A DNA stretch of 64,000 nt from assembly GCA_002269645.1 (NCBI GenBank), contig NIVC01000728.1, positions 62,001 to 126,000 of the forward strand. Direction: 5' to 3'. The notes under the pieces are model-generated. The model was not told the origin of the DNA and did not search any database. It was given only the letters and a program-made list of their open reading frames with translations. Source of the stretch: Macrostomum lignano. Taxonomy: Eukaryota. Position numbers and translations under genes: made by a program. Shown here piece after piece: positions 12,001 through 27,000 of the stretch; the first letter of the stretch is position 1, and each line of letters starts with the position of its first letter.

Positions 12001-15000
12001 ACACAATACATATTCAGCCTATGGCCACTAAGACACAATACATATTCAGTCTACGGCCACTAAGACACAATACATATTCAGTCTATGGCCAGTGGGACAC
12101 AATACATATTCAGTCTATGGCCAGTGGGACACAATACATATTCAGTCTATGGCCACTAAGACACAATACATATTCAGTATATGGCCACTAAGACACAATA
12201 CATATTCAGTCTATGGCCAGTAAGACAATACATATTCAGTCTATGGTCAGTAAAACACAATACCTATTCAGTCTATGGCCACTAAGACACAATACATATT
12301 CAGTCTATGGCCAGTAAGACAATACATATTCAGTCTATGGCCAGTAAAACACAATACCTATTCAGTCTATGGCCACTAAGACACAATACATATTCAGTCT
12401 ATGGCCAGTAAGACAATACATATTCAGTCTATGGCCAGTAAAACACAATACCTATTCAGTCTATGGCCACTAAGACACAATACATATTCAGTCTATGGCC
12501 AGTAAGACAATACATATTCAGTCTATGGTCAGTAAAACACAATACCTATTCAGTCTATGGCCACTAAGACACAATACATATTCAGTCTATGGCCAGTAAG
12601 ACAATACATATTCAGTCTATGGCCAGTAAAACACAATACCTATTCAGTCTATGGCCACTAAGACACAATACATATTCAGTCTATGGCCAGTAAGACAATA
12701 CATATTCAGTCTATGGCCAGTAAAACACAATACATATTCAGTCTATGGCCACTAAGACACAATACATAATTCAGTCTATGGCCACTAAGACACAATACAT
12801 ATTCAGTCTATGGCCACTAAGACACAATACATAATTCAGTCTATGGCCACTAAGACACAATACATATTCAGTCTATGGCCACTAAGACACAATACATAAT
12901 TCAGTCTATGGCCACTAAGACACAATACATATTCAGTCTATGGCCACTAAGACACAATACATATTCAGTCTATGGCCACTAAGACACAATACATATTCAG
13001 TCTATGGCCACTAAGACACAATACATATTCAGTCTATGGCCGCTAAGACACAATACATATTATTCAGTCTATGGCCAGTGGGACACAGCCTAGCTTGTAT
13101 TAGGTTGTTAAAAGCAGTTTCAACCCCTCCTGAAATCCGACCTCACAGCCTCAGAACTCGTTCCCGGATGTGGTGATTTGGATGCTGTGCGCCGACAAGC
13201 GGATCGCCTATTACCGAATTCCTGCCTACGAAGTGCTGTTTAGCAAAAACGAAGATTTTTGCGGCAAGTTCTGCGGTAAAGTGCAGAACGTGCAATTCAA
13301 GCAATTCCTTAAGGTAAGCTATACTACTCTGGGTTACGGACTCCGTTTTGTTGGCAGCTGTTTCCTCAAATCAGATATTCCAATTCTAAACCTTCATCGT
13401 AGTATTTAAACTTAAGTACGTGTCTTTAACTTGGCTAATTTTCCATCTATAATTATAGCATGCTTTTATTATATTTTCAAAATATTGTACCAATTTGGAT
13501 TTCAGCAATTCCTTAAGGTGAGGCTGGTTCAATTGGATGTATATAATGGAATGCGTAACTAATTGTGTCCAAATCCCGTGATTAATTAGCTGTCTATCTG
13601 ACATCGTTTGTCTAACTTTCTAATTTATCACAGATTTGTTTTGGATTGTTTGCTGAAATTTATTAACCAATTAACTATTGGGTTGTGTTAATTAAATGTA
13701 ATAAATGTATTAGATGTATTCAATTATGTAGCCTCATTGGCTAAAATAATACCATAATGCATAATCATATCATAGATTTACATGGATTAGAGTGTTAAAA
13801 TATAATTCACTGTATACGGTGTGTAGCCAGGATTTTTCATTAGGGTGGACGCTTCATTGGAGTGAAGGCGTCATTTTGTTTGAGAGGGCGCCGTTTCGTT
13901 TGAGAGGGCGCCATTTTGTTTGAGAGGGCGCCATTTCGTTTTAGAGGGCGCCATTTTGTTTGAAAGGGTGCCATTTCATCTAAATAGGGCACCATTTCGT
14001 TTGAGGGGGCGCCATTTCGTTTGAGAGGTGCCATTTCGTTTGAGAGGGCGCCATTTCGTTTGAGAGGGCGTCATTTTGTTTGAGAGGGCGCCATTTCGTT
14101 TGAGAGGGCGCTATTTCGTTTGAGAGGGGCGCCATTTCGTTTGAGAGGGGCGCCATTTTGTTTGAGAGGGCGCCATTTTGTTTTAGAGGGCGCCATTTTG
14201 TTTGAAAGGGTGCCATTTCATCTAAATGGGGCGCCATTTCGTTTGAGGGGGCGCCATTTCGTTTGAGAGGGCGCCATTTCGTTTGAGAGGGGCGCCATTT
14301 TGTTTGAGAGGGCGCCGTTTCGTTTGAGAGGGCGCCATTTTGTTTGAGGGGCGCCGTTTCGTTTGAGAGGGTGCCATTTCGTTTGAGAGGGCGCCACATA
14401 CTTTTGCCAGCCGATTACGGTGAGGGGCGGCCTCTCTAGCACCTCGCCATCATATGTACAGGATTCACATAATATCCTGTAATATATATTATAATCTAGG
14501 CAATTACAGAATTCGTCTACTGACAAGTAGAAAGTATAGAGTGTGGCGCTTAAGTTTGCATAGCGGGCAAAGAAATATCGCCATCCGAGAGCGCAGAGTT
14601 ATTAGTAGAAGTTCTGTACAGAATGGGGTCCAGCTGAAGAAGTCTTGAGCGACAGCATCACCTGCACCTGGGTTCAATTATATCACGAACGTAGCTAGCT
14701 CTAAAAATTAAACTTTTTACTATGTGGAATGCATGCCAAAAGTTTTCCCACTAATTGCTGCACTAACTAAACGACTCACCCGTCAAAGTTGATGTTTCTA
14801 GTAATTCAATACAACGGATATCACGACTCCTGACTTCAGTATCCGCAAAGATTTCGAACTCAATTGTTGAGCAGCTTTGGCGATGTTCCGGTAAACCGAT
14901 GTTGCTTGATTCTTTTTTTGGATGTTTTTCTGTAAAAAACGTTTACAGAAACTGAGCTTCCTATAGTCACTTGCATTGGCACAAGTTGCAGTCACTAATG

Positions 15001-18000
15001 GATTCTGCATCCCCAGCTTCTCACTATATAAGCGCACATTTGGCAATTATAAATCACTCTTTTCTAAATGCGCAGAAAGTTTTGTTTGAACTCGTCAACT
15101 ATTAATTAGTATGAAAATTTCTAAAGTAGGAAATAATCGCATAAAAAATTGAAAAAAATTCTCTAATTTTTTTGAAATAAAACAAAACGGTACAGCTACT
15201 GTTTATTAGCAGGAACAATCACCAAGGAGTACTCAAGTAGAAGGAAGAGAAACAATGTTTATTGGAAAATTTTGGGAGGTTTTACCGAAAAAGTACATTA
15301 CGGAGATAGGTTTTCATTTTTCAGCAAATATAAAGCAATAAACATAAACAAACATGATGTAATATTAACATAGAACCCAAATTTTCTAAACGAAAAGCTT
15401 TGTAATTATCAGAAGTGCTATTAGAAGGCGACATAAAAATATGAATACTTGGTCTCCATTCTATCAAAAGCAGTAATCATTTTTGTGCTTGAGTAGTCCT
15501 TGGCAGTCACAAAGCGCAACATCAATGAAGGTTACTTTTGTTCTGCATTTTGAGACGCAGCTAACCAGATGGAAATCGCACTCGCCACCCGCAGTCGCCA
15601 ACGGTGAAGTCGGACGACCCCAAGCTGCAAATCCCGGCCCTTGTCCGCCTCATGGTGTGGCTTGGCCACGAGAAGGACGAGAACGAATGGCACAAGATGC
15701 AGCGCGAGGGCAACCTGTCAGTCCTGGCCGAGACTTACGAGAACGAATGGTTCATCATCAAGTGGATGAAGAACGGGCCCGGCCGGCCGGCCTGGTCGGA
15801 CGCGTCCGGTCGAGTTGAGATCCTCAAAGAGAAGCTGAACCCGCCGCCAGGCTGGAAGTGGGACAAAGACTGGTACGTGAGCCCCGAGCTCAGCCTGTTC
15901 TACGACAAAGACGCCGGGCACTCGGAATTCACCGAGGACGTCTACGTGAACGAGACCCGTCTGCCTGGCGGCGCCTGGCAGGACGCCAAAGTGAAGTACA
16001 CTGACGTCAAAGGCGATCCGTACAGCGACATGCAGAGCGTCAAGCTGCCAGAAGGCTGGCGCTGGAAGGACGAGTGGAAGGTGGACTTCAACCGGCCCTG
16101 CGACGAGGAGGGCTGGGAGTACACGGTGGAGGCATCCATGGGCGGCTACGTTCCAGTGGAGAAAATGTTTCACATGTGTCGGCGCAGGCGCTACATTCGA
16201 GCACGCGTTCTGGCGCAAGCCGCTGCGGTAGAAGAGAATCAGGTTGGTACCGCGACTCCCATTTTAGTGGGACTCTGGCTGGCTGAGAATCGCACTATGA
16301 CAACCCGCTTACCTACACCCACCCCATTTGAGGTTCTGCCTTGCTGAGAATTGCACTAGGCCAACCCGCTTAGCTGCGCCCACCCCATTTGAGGCTCTGC
16401 CTTGCTGAGAATCGCACTATGACGACCCGCTTACCTACACCCACCCCATTTGAAGCTCTGCCTAGCTGAGAATCGCACTAGGCCAACCCGCTTATATGCA
16501 CCCACCCCATTTGAGGCTCTGCCTAGCTGAGAATCGCACTAGGCCAACCCGCTTATCTGCGCCCACCCCATTTGAGGCTCTGCCTTGCTGAGAATCGCAC
16601 TAGGCCAACCGTTTATTTTGAGGCTTCCGTAATCGAGAATGCCTTTGGCCCAGCCCCCTTGACTACCTCACCGCGTTTTGAGGATCTCCTTCACGCACGC
16701 TGAATATCAAATAGGGCAATAACCCGTACGCAACTCTATAACTCTAAAAAGTAACGCTTCACTTTACTTTCAGCCCCGGAAAGGAGTAAGCAAGCTTTCA
16801 ATAATATATTTAGCATCTTTCAAAATCTAATGCATGCTGATTATAACGATTTCCTAGCTTTTGACTAAAACATTTTGGCTTACAATGCATCGTTTGATGC
16901 GCCTCACTGACGTGTATTCGCTAAAAAAATTCTTTCAGAGTAAATCTGTCAACGAAAAAAGGAATATGAATTTTGCTATAAATTTTGAATTTAATTTCAG
17001 CCGGCTGAGATCACGGACCCGGAGCAGTGCTGGGAGTACGCCATCGGGTTCGGTCAGAAGTTTCACACCAACAAGCGCCCAGTGGACATGGTCCGTCGGC
17101 GCCGCTGGCACAGGAAGATGGTGCCTACTAAGCCTGGAGCGCCGTGCTTTTTCAACATGACCGAATCGTCCGGCGACAATGTAAGTGGCCTGTCAGCCAA
17201 TCAGCGCAGAGCTAGGGATAGAAATAGAAGCGGGTGGAGAGGGGTGGCGGGGCGGGCGGTGTGGTAGATCTGATAGCGAATCAGGTTGAAGCTGAGGAAA
17301 GAACCTGCTATAGGTGGGTCTCAGGGCAAATAAAAACAGATCTAGGGCTAAGGCACGGGATAGGTCTGGACAGGTACTTTTTTGTCTAATACATATAAAA
17401 AACTATCCATCTTTCAGTCGTCTGCCAGGGTAAAATGAATCACGAACGTATAAACCAAGTCATAAAATGTAGAGTTTTGGCAAATAAAATATATTAATCC
17501 CCAATGTTCTAGCCTGCTTCTTGTACTAATTTTGATGATAAAACAGCTTTTCAACTACGAACTAATGTATGATACTCTAATAAACGTTTGCTATTTAGCA
17601 GCATGGCTAAATGAACTTTGAACACTAGCTAATGCCGTTTAATCAACTAACAAATTTTAACGAAAATATTTTCCATGAATGAAATCTAAAAGATAAAGCA
17701 TTATTCAATGTTTCAGAAAGCCTTGATGGCGGCACCAAGGATGGTTTTGCTATACGACAGTGAGTAGACCTAAATGACCTTTGTTGGCTGATCTGTTTTA
17801 ATAAAATCTGTAATACTGATGCATAATCATCTAGTAGTCAGTTCTCAGAATCAAATATTTAGGAGGTGGGTTCGAGTTTACTTTCTGGATGATGCAATCG
17901 CACCTTAACGACTCTTAAACAATCTATTTGGGTGTAAAAAATCGCAAAGATGGTAGCTTATAGAAGACGGTCTTCAAGTAAGAAGCTTCTATAACTCGAA

Positions 18001-21000
18001 CGAATGTTCTAGGGTAGGTTAGGTCAGACCGATGGTCTGTTCTAAGGTTGATTCTTGTCAAATCTCCGTGAAAACTACAGGTAATGTTCAGATTGTTATT
18101 GTCAGATTATGGTCAGGGCCGGGCTTCTGATTCAGGCCAACCCCCAATGCACAGAGTGTGTACATGCCTGACGGTAGCTACAGCATGTGTGCGTGCTCAG
18201 GGGTCAGCGGAATGGCATGACTGCCTGCCTCCTTGCTGGCTGCGGATAGACTGTCATTTCAAATTCATTTCAAAGTCCCCAATGTACTTCCATCGCCCCG
18301 ACAGACTCTCGCAAGTGGCAGCTGCGCGCCTACGTTTTCCAAGCCCGCGACCTGCTGGCTGGCGACCAGTCCGGCCTCTCGGACCCCTACGCCAGGGTCT
18401 GCTTCCACACCAGATCCGGCGTCACTGAGACCATCGACCAATCGCTCTGCCCGACCTGGGACCAGACGCTCATATTCGACAATGTCGAAATGTTCAGCGA
18501 TCCCTACAGCATCGAGGCCAATCCACCGCCGGTAAATTGAGCCAAAAATTTGCGCTTCGACTTTTCAAATCCCGAAACTGGTTTTACGGTTTATGGCCTG
18601 ATCATTGGACGCATTTGAACTAACTCACCTAACAGCTGATTCAGGATGACTTTAAATTCTAGCGTTTTACGAACACCTATAGCCTGAGACAGATAACCTA
18701 CAATTTGATGCAAATAACCTACAAATTGACACAAATAGCCTACAATTTGACGCAAATAACCTACAATTTGACGCAAATAACATACAATTTAACGCAAATA
18801 ACCTACAAATTGACACAAATAGCCTACAATTTGACACAAATAACCTACAATTTGACGCAAATAACCTACAAATTGACACAAATAAGCCAAAAACTAACTT
18901 GAAAACACCCACATCATTAGAAAAATGCGTCGTAGCTAATCAACGAAGGGCACATCTGACTCAAGTTTCCTGCAATTTCAACCAAACTCGTACACACGTA
19001 GAGCCTAATCCAACGTAACCCAAAAATTCTTTTAAAGCTACATTGATTGCTAAGTAACTTAAGTAACCTTGTCTCAAAAAGTACATTCCGACATGCTCAG
19101 CATGTAACCGCATGTATCGCTCATTCGACGCTTAACCACCCACCCGATTCGCTTCGCCAGGTTGTCGTCGAGATATTCGACGCGGACCAGCTTGGTGAGG
19201 ATGAATTCCTCGGCCGCGCCCTGGTCCAACCGATGGTGAAGCTGGACCCCACAGATCCACGCCGCCCTGTGCTGCAATGGCACCCAATCTTCAAGGGCAG
19301 CAAGGAGGGCGGGGAGCTTCTGGCCGCGTTCGAACTCTTCCTGTCGGCCGATCCGATGCCGCCAACGCCGCCGAAACGAGGCTCCGATCTTTTCGTCGTG
19401 CCCGACGGTATTAAACCGGTGCTGCAGCGCACTGGCATAGAGATCCTCTGCTGGGGCGTCCGCAACATGCAGAGCTTCCAACTGATGTCCGTCACCTCGC
19501 CAAGTGTGGAATTTGAAATCGGAGGCCACCAAGTCATCTCGGACGTGATCAAGAATACCAAACGGAATCCGAACTTCCAACAGCCGCTGCTGTTCATGGA
19601 CGTCATGCTGCCGAAAGAGACGCTCTACTTGCCGCCCATGAACATCCGGGTTCGGGATCATCGCCAGTTCGGCCGGAAGCCAATGGTTGGCCTGCACGTG
19701 ATAAAGTGTCTGGACGAGTACCGCACAGAGCCACTCAGCGAAGAGTTCGACGCTATATCCAACTTTCCTGGTGAGTGTTTTATGTAAAACCTACGCATTT
19801 AATGGGTGTTTACAGGTGTCTAGGTCTGTGTTAATAGTGTGTACATTCAGCCAGTCGTGGGCGCACTTGCGACCGAGAGGCTTTCAAAGCTACGTTTCGC
19901 TTCTACGAGCAAAATTCATCTTAAGCTAGTCTGAATCTACGCTTGTACATCCGCACTTGGGCTCCCTGTGGGCTCTCTGCGTCTGTCTTTTTTTTCTCTT
20001 TTGCTACCGTTTCTACGAGCTATTTCGCTTCTCTGGTACTCCTCTTCCGCTTCTCTGCAACCGTCTGTTTCCGTTTCCCTCTTCCGGCTTTTATTCGGTT
20101 GCTGTTGTGCTTCTTTCCCTCTCTCTCGCTTCTCTTATTCCCATTAATCTTCCTAGCTACAAACCTACGCAGATTCTAAGAAACCGTGGCTAAACACCGC
20201 AACGCGAATCATTTCAGCGCTTCTGAACGCCCACTCGAACGAACGGCCTGTCAATCTGGCGCCAAAGGTCGAAACGGAGGTCACTACAAAAGCCAAGGTA
20301 AGTAGGCCATCTGGTTGGATGCTTCTTGTGCTCATACGAGCAATAGTACCAGCGCATTTATACAAACCGAGCAAGAAAAGAAGTGTCCAGATGCACTTTT
20401 TATCAACTGAGCGCATTCGATCAACTAAAGTTGAATGAACCGCTTTGCAATAAAACAACTGTACAGGACCAGCAGCAGCTGCAGAGACAGCAAAGCGATG
20501 GAGCTGGAAATTCAGCTTCCAGCGTCCACCCAGTAGGTGTCTGTGCGACCCATCCAGCTATGGGACTTTTCGAGAGGCAGTTTGAGCACTGCCTTGTAAT
20601 TATTCTATGTTGTGTTCTGTGTAGCTTAGAGGTGTCAGCTAGTCTTCAACTCCGTCTTACTTGAGTCACGTCTCTTATTGTGCTACGTGAAGATTGTAAA
20701 GATGAAACTTCACTAAAAAATAAGCGGCATGAACTGTCATAAAAGTGCAGTTGGGTTTGTGTTAAAAAAATTAGCGCAGCCTCCCCACTCCGCAGCCACC
20801 TCACTCCGCAGTCATCTCACTCTGCATCCACCCCACTCCGCAGCCACTCCACTCCGCAGCCACCCCACTCCGCAGCCACCTCACTCTGCAGCCACCTCAC
20901 TCCGCAGCCACCTCACTCCGATACCCACGTCACTCCGATAACCACCTAATTCAGACTCTACTTTTTTTGTAGAATCCAGCCACCACATGACAGTTCATAC

Positions 21001-24000
21001 CATTTTTTACCACGCACAAAGTTTTCAAAATCTATCAACAAACATCGCCAACTAAATTTGATTAATGTTAGCTGTTAGGCCATCTGTGTAATCGTTTTCA
21101 TGAAAAAATCAGAAAGCTCAGTGTAGTTATCCATGGTGGTGACTGTCCAGCATAATGTACATAGCTTGCAAAGTAGTTCCGGACAGCCTGGTCTCGTATA
21201 GAAATGTGTTTGGTAAAAGGTGATTCTTCAACATACTTGTAAGTTTATGTCTAACCCGGATAATAATTAATATCGAGTTAAAGCAGGGTCTTCAAAAAAG
21301 CACTCAGGTAAGAGGTTACAGATTGAAACTCGATTTTCAGTTCCCTTTAAATTTCGGATTGTAGCTCATAGCAGCTGCGTGTGAATATTTTTACAGTTAT
21401 AAGTTGTCAATGCAAAGGTGCTAAATTAGTTATTATAGCTCTTTCAGCTGCGTAATGTTTTGAGATGCGATTTTGTTTAATTTTTGTTCAACCCCGTGCA
21501 ACTTGATTGTCGCGCCACAATCAGGACTTCTTTCAGGGAATTAAGAGCAATTTCGAAAAGATTAAGGACACCGTTAATCCAGACGAGTTCAAGGTTTGGA
21601 AAAAGAAATTATTTTAGTACCTATAATAAACTAGAGCTATCTTTTTGCTCTTGCATGCTGTTTTATGAGTAGTTATGGCGCGTTTTCTTCTTGCGCATGT
21701 CGAAGCACGCAGAACGCGAGTTAATGGTTTAAAGTCTGTCTGTCTGAATTCTCTATCTATAATCTTGAACTGCAGAGCTGTCTATCTAGTACTGTCTACT
21801 AGTCTGACCTCTTGTAGACAATTGCACACTTGGGCCGAGCATTGTTGAAGAGTCGGGGAGGGTTGCTTGGGTCAATGGGTCGATGGGTCAACAAGTCAAC
21901 GAGATTCGATAATTCACCAAAACAGTTGACCTGATTAAACAAAAAAACTCGTGAAAAAAGACAAGTGCTCAAGCAGACTCCTCAAGTAGACTGACTGGTC
22001 CAATGAACACCGCCACCGAAACTCGCGCGGCACCGCACGCAGGCTGACGCCGCCGACGCGGCCTCCATGCAGACGCAGCAGCCGCCCAGCCGGCAGATGA
22101 GCGAGACGCAGGGCCTCATCGACCCGCCGCCAAAGAAGAAGCGCAGCAGAATTCCCGGCTTTCTTAAACGCCGAAAAAAGAAGAACAAAGTAAATACACC
22201 TGCCTCCTGCTGTCGTCTCTGTAGTTGGATAAAATAGTTGCTAGGAGAGCATTTGAGGGAGCTCCGAAGTTTCCGAAGTTTCCTGTGCGGCTGAGCATTC
22301 TGGTTGGCTTTTAAAAGTACAAGTAGCGAGCCTCGAAATCGTCAATAATCGTCGAATGTAACATGGATATGAAATCGTTAGCACAGTGATCTCACTTTTT
22401 TAAACTTCTAAATTGTAAATTGAGCCAGTTTAGACAAGGGCAAGGCGGAGAACAATTCCGTTTACAAAAAAACTTTATCAGAATAAACGGCAACCTCGGA
22501 AAAGCATTGTCATTGTCAATATTTGCTGCCAAAATGGCTTATCCTAAATAAAAATGACAAAGTCGCACAGGACTCTGAGCTCCTTAGTGAATAATTAGAT
22601 TAAAACTTAAAGACCAGGTTAGACCATCCAGCTTCCAGCTCGACAATTTTGGCTTCATCTGATCGACGTCGAATTATTATATACGCAATCTCCGCAGGAG
22701 CTCAAGGCCAAAAAGATGAACTTCAATTTTTTCAAATCCGACGAGGGTAAAACGGTCAGTTTGGTGACAGCAGGAAGCCAGAGCGAAATGGCTTCAGTAC
22801 AGCCTGTAGAATTTCCATTGATAAAAACTCCCCACTAGCCGCTTGATCCCATGCCGGTGGTCGAAGTGTCGCTAATTAGTTCGCCAGCACAGCAACCCAG
22901 GTGGCGGCGGGTTTGTTGTTCAATGGGTCACTCAAATTTTTGCTTTATTTGTTGTCCCCCCGCTTTGCGACCTCATATTTTTCTCCGCTTATCCCCCTAC
23001 TTTGCACTCGCTGACATTCGGGTGCGGTTTTATGTGCGAAAATCTTACTTAGTCCACTTTTATTCTAGTGTACTCGTTCAAATGCGATGTGTAACACCAT
23101 AACTCTTAGAAAATCCCATACCGTATCCCATACCATATCCCATACCGTATCCCATACCATATCCCATACCGTATCCCATACCGTATCCCATACCGTATCC
23201 CATACCGTATCCCATACCGTATCCCATACCATATCCCATACCGTATCCCATACCGTATCCCATACCGTATCCCATACCGTATCCCATACCAGTATCCCAT
23301 ACCGTATCCCATACCGTATCCCATACCGTATCCCATACTGTATCCCATAACCGTACCATATCCTACCCCCATACTACCCCATACACCCACAGCCCCCTAT
23401 AACCTTACCCCAACCCGCATACCCATTTTAGTTGCAGCACAATGATTCAGAATAGGCCAAAAGTTACCACGCACCACTTTTCTTTAAAATTTTCGACCAG
23501 TTTCCAGCATTTTGATGTTGTTGAAAGCTAGCGCACTAATTGAAGCTCAAACACGACACTGCCAGGCTCTCGTGAACCTGCTGACATCCTTAGTGGTCTG
23601 GCACTAATGCTGAAAACAAAATTGTCCCTGAAGTTTTTTTTTAAATCGAATAATCGGAATTTTTCGAACCGAAATCAGGTCCCTCATATCGGCGGGGTTG
23701 GAAAGGGAAACTTCCTACAGTTTTAGCAAATTCTCGCTACTTAGATTTCGTTGAAATGAATGGCAGCGATAGAGTGCAATGATAATTAATTGATTGATTA
23801 ATACGCACAAACTTCCTGCTAAGTATAATATATTTATTTCCTCATCTTGTATCTGGCAACGGTCACTGTTTTTCAATTTATTATTTGTTAATCTTACAAT
23901 GGTTTTATTCGAATGTACTCTGGTACACGTAGTACAGCTTTTGTCAGTGAAGTTGATAACCAAGCAGATCAAGCGGGGAATCCCCCATTGTCGATTGTCC

Positions 24001-27000
24001 CCTAGACTATTTCATTCCTGCACGGCAGCTAGGCCTTCAGAGTAATTGCTGAAAACACACTCTGCGCTCGTGCATTGACCCAGAGTGCAGGAATGCAACT
24101 GTCTATGAACGAAAGTCCCTTCTCCAACCATAACTAAGCGTGTTAATTACTCAAGAAAGACTATTAGAAACCGGAAGCTATCTAAAGTAATGCACGTGTT
24201 CTATACATGGAATTTTGTAGAATGCATAACATAAACAGGGCGTTATTGGAATATTCAGAAATCGGTACGCAGGCGCATAGGAAGAGAAAGCCGGTTTTGT
24301 GCCAAGAAACCTGGCTAGTTCAGGCTTTGAAAAGCAACTTCCTTAGTTTTATTGAATGTTAAGTTCTACCATCAGCCAATGAGATAGGAAAATATCTGTT
24401 AATACGAGGCTTTTTATAAAAAAACAGTTGAAAAAGGGCATGCCAACAGGGCAACGTTCTTAGACTTCTAAGGAAAAGTTAACTGACTTCAAACTCTTGT
24501 CAATAAACAATACTAACACCTACAGATTGACATCTCGCAGCTAGATGAAGACATCGATTGGTGGTCCAAGTACTACGCCAGCACTGGCGATGTTAAAAAG
24601 TGTCGCAAATACGTCGACCTTGGCTATGACACGCTCAAATTGTACACGCATTCTCTGGAGTTCTCGGAGAACTTCGACAACTTCAGCGATTTCTGCAGCA
24701 CCTACGGCTTCCAGCGCGGCAAAAATCTGGACGACGATGAGGGTAACGTTGTCGGCGAGTTCAAAGGCACGTTCAGGATCTACCCGCTTCCGGAGGACCT
24801 CGGACTGCCGTTGCCGTTGAAACAGCTGGAAAAAGGCATCCCGGATTCAAATCCCGTCGACTGCATTGTCCGGGTCTACACCATCAAGGCGATCGATCTG
24901 CAGCCGAACGATCCAAGCGGACTGGCCGATCCCTACGTTGAAATTGAGCTGGGCAAGAAGCGAGTGGACAACAAGGACAAATACATTCCAAACTGCTTGT
25001 CACCTGTGTTCGGACAGTAAGCCTAGCGCTTTGACCATGTCTTTGCTCCCCTCAATCTTTCTGTTCTTAGATCCTTCTTCCTTCCTTCCTTCCGTCTTTC
25101 TCTCTTCTTCTTTCCTTTTCAAAATGTAAAGATCCCTATTATAGATTTAATCATCAAATTGCAGAGTCTTCGAGCTAAAATGCATCCTGCCAATCGACAA
25201 GGATCTTTACATCCGCATCAAAGACTACGACTTTCTCAGCTCGGACGACGTAATCGGCGAGACGGTGATCGACCTGGAGAATCGCTACCTGAGCAAGTTC
25301 AACGCCTGCGTCGGCCTGCCGCAATCCTACTACGCTGAGGGCCCAAATCAATGGCGTGACTCTCGCAAGCCCAAAGAAATCCTGGCCGACTTCTGCGGCA
25401 AGAACTACCTGCCGGAGCCGCAGTTCGAAGGCACGGACTGTCTTCGCCTCGGTGCCAAGACGTTCTACTTGGACAGCTTCGAGCCCAATCGCAAATCGAA
25501 TCCGCACTACGGGCCAGACGATGAGCGACTGGCGCTACACGTGCTAAACTGCCTGCCGCTGGTGAAGGAGCACGTTGAGACCCGGCCGCTGTACTCGCCG
25601 CTGCAGCCGGGCATCGAGCAGGGCAAGCTGCAGTGCTGGGTGGACATCTTCCCGGCGCAGTTCGGCACGCCGCCAATTCCCATCAACATTGAGCCCCGCA
25701 AGCCGAAAGACTACGAGCTGCGCATCATCATCTGGAACACGAAGGACGTTGTCTTGGAGGAGATCTCCATCACTGGCGAGGCCATGTCCGACATCTACGT
25801 CAAGGTATGTTACCTCGAATGAACTTTGATGCACTATCAAAACTTTCAATGCTAAATTCTTTGAGTTTTTTCAACATTTTTTCGTTCAATTACCTGAAAC
25901 CGACCTGTGCTTGGTCGCTTAAGTTAGTTCATACGAGCTAGCTACGTTAGCTACGTTAGCTCATAGCTACGTTAGCTACGTTAGCTCATAGCTACGTTAG
26001 CTCATAGCTACGCTAGCTCATAGCTGCGTTAGCTCATAGCTGCGTTAGCTCATAGCTACGTTAGCTGATAGCTACTCTAGCTCATAGCTACGTTAGCTCA
26101 TAGCTACGTTAGCTCATAGCTGCGTTAGCTCATAGCTACGTTAGCTCATAGCTACTCTAGCTCATAGCTACATGTACGCCATCACTCAATTAAAATTGGG
26201 TGTTATGTGCAACTTCTAGTGGTCCATGACTGACTGACTCTCTGACCAACAGTGGCCTTTGCTTTAAAGTTTTTAAATGAGCTCTCCGTTAGAGTCGGTC
26301 GTTACATTCTTCAACTTAGCTCAGATTTAGTTTTCAAGCATTGAACCATTAATCGACGTACATCAAATCGACGCGCTTCTCCCAGGGCTGGCTCGCCGGC
26401 ATCGACGAGAAGCAGGAGACAGACGTGCACTACCGCAGTCTTGACGGCGAAGGTAACTTCAACTGGCGGTTCAAGTTCCCCATGCAGTACCTGCCGACAG
26501 AGAACGTGATGGTGGTGAAAAAGAAGGAGCACATCTTCTCCCTGGACGCCACCGAGCAGTTCCTGCCGCCAAATCTGGTGGTCCAAATCTGGGACAACGA
26601 CAAATTCTCGGCTGACGATTTCCTTGGCACTCTGGAGCTCAACTTGTCCAGCATGCCGGCGCCTAAAAAGAAGTCAAGGCAGTGCGGCGTCGACCAGCTG
26701 CCAGCCTACAACAAGGATATCAAGCTGATCAACCTGTTCGAGTGCAAGCGCGCCTACGGATACTGGCCCTGCGTGAACGACGAGAAACCGGAGGACGAAC
26801 GGCTCACGGTGAGCTGGAGTTTGGGAATTGATTTGGTTGGCAAGCTGGTCAGATAGCAGGGAAAGTCGGTTGGGGTTGTTTGGGCGTGGATTTGTTAGAC
26901 TTTTCAAATAGATGATTGCTGAATTTGTCTAGTTAGAATTCAATAAACTTATCCTATCATCTTTGTGATTTACAGGGTTTCAAACATCGAATAGCAGTAA

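Noticed and set aside
8021-13085. CRISPR-like regular repeats
   Set aside because: Head-to-tail tandem units without unique spacers, no cas genes, eukaryotic context.
22839-22866. Additional small ferlin linker exon (PLDPMP...)
   Set aside because: The acceptor is plausible but there is no convincing donor, and it is not needed for frame.
23078-23390. GMGY/GIRY repeat ORFs
   Set aside because: 12-bp tandem repeat on the antisense strand of a ferlin intron.
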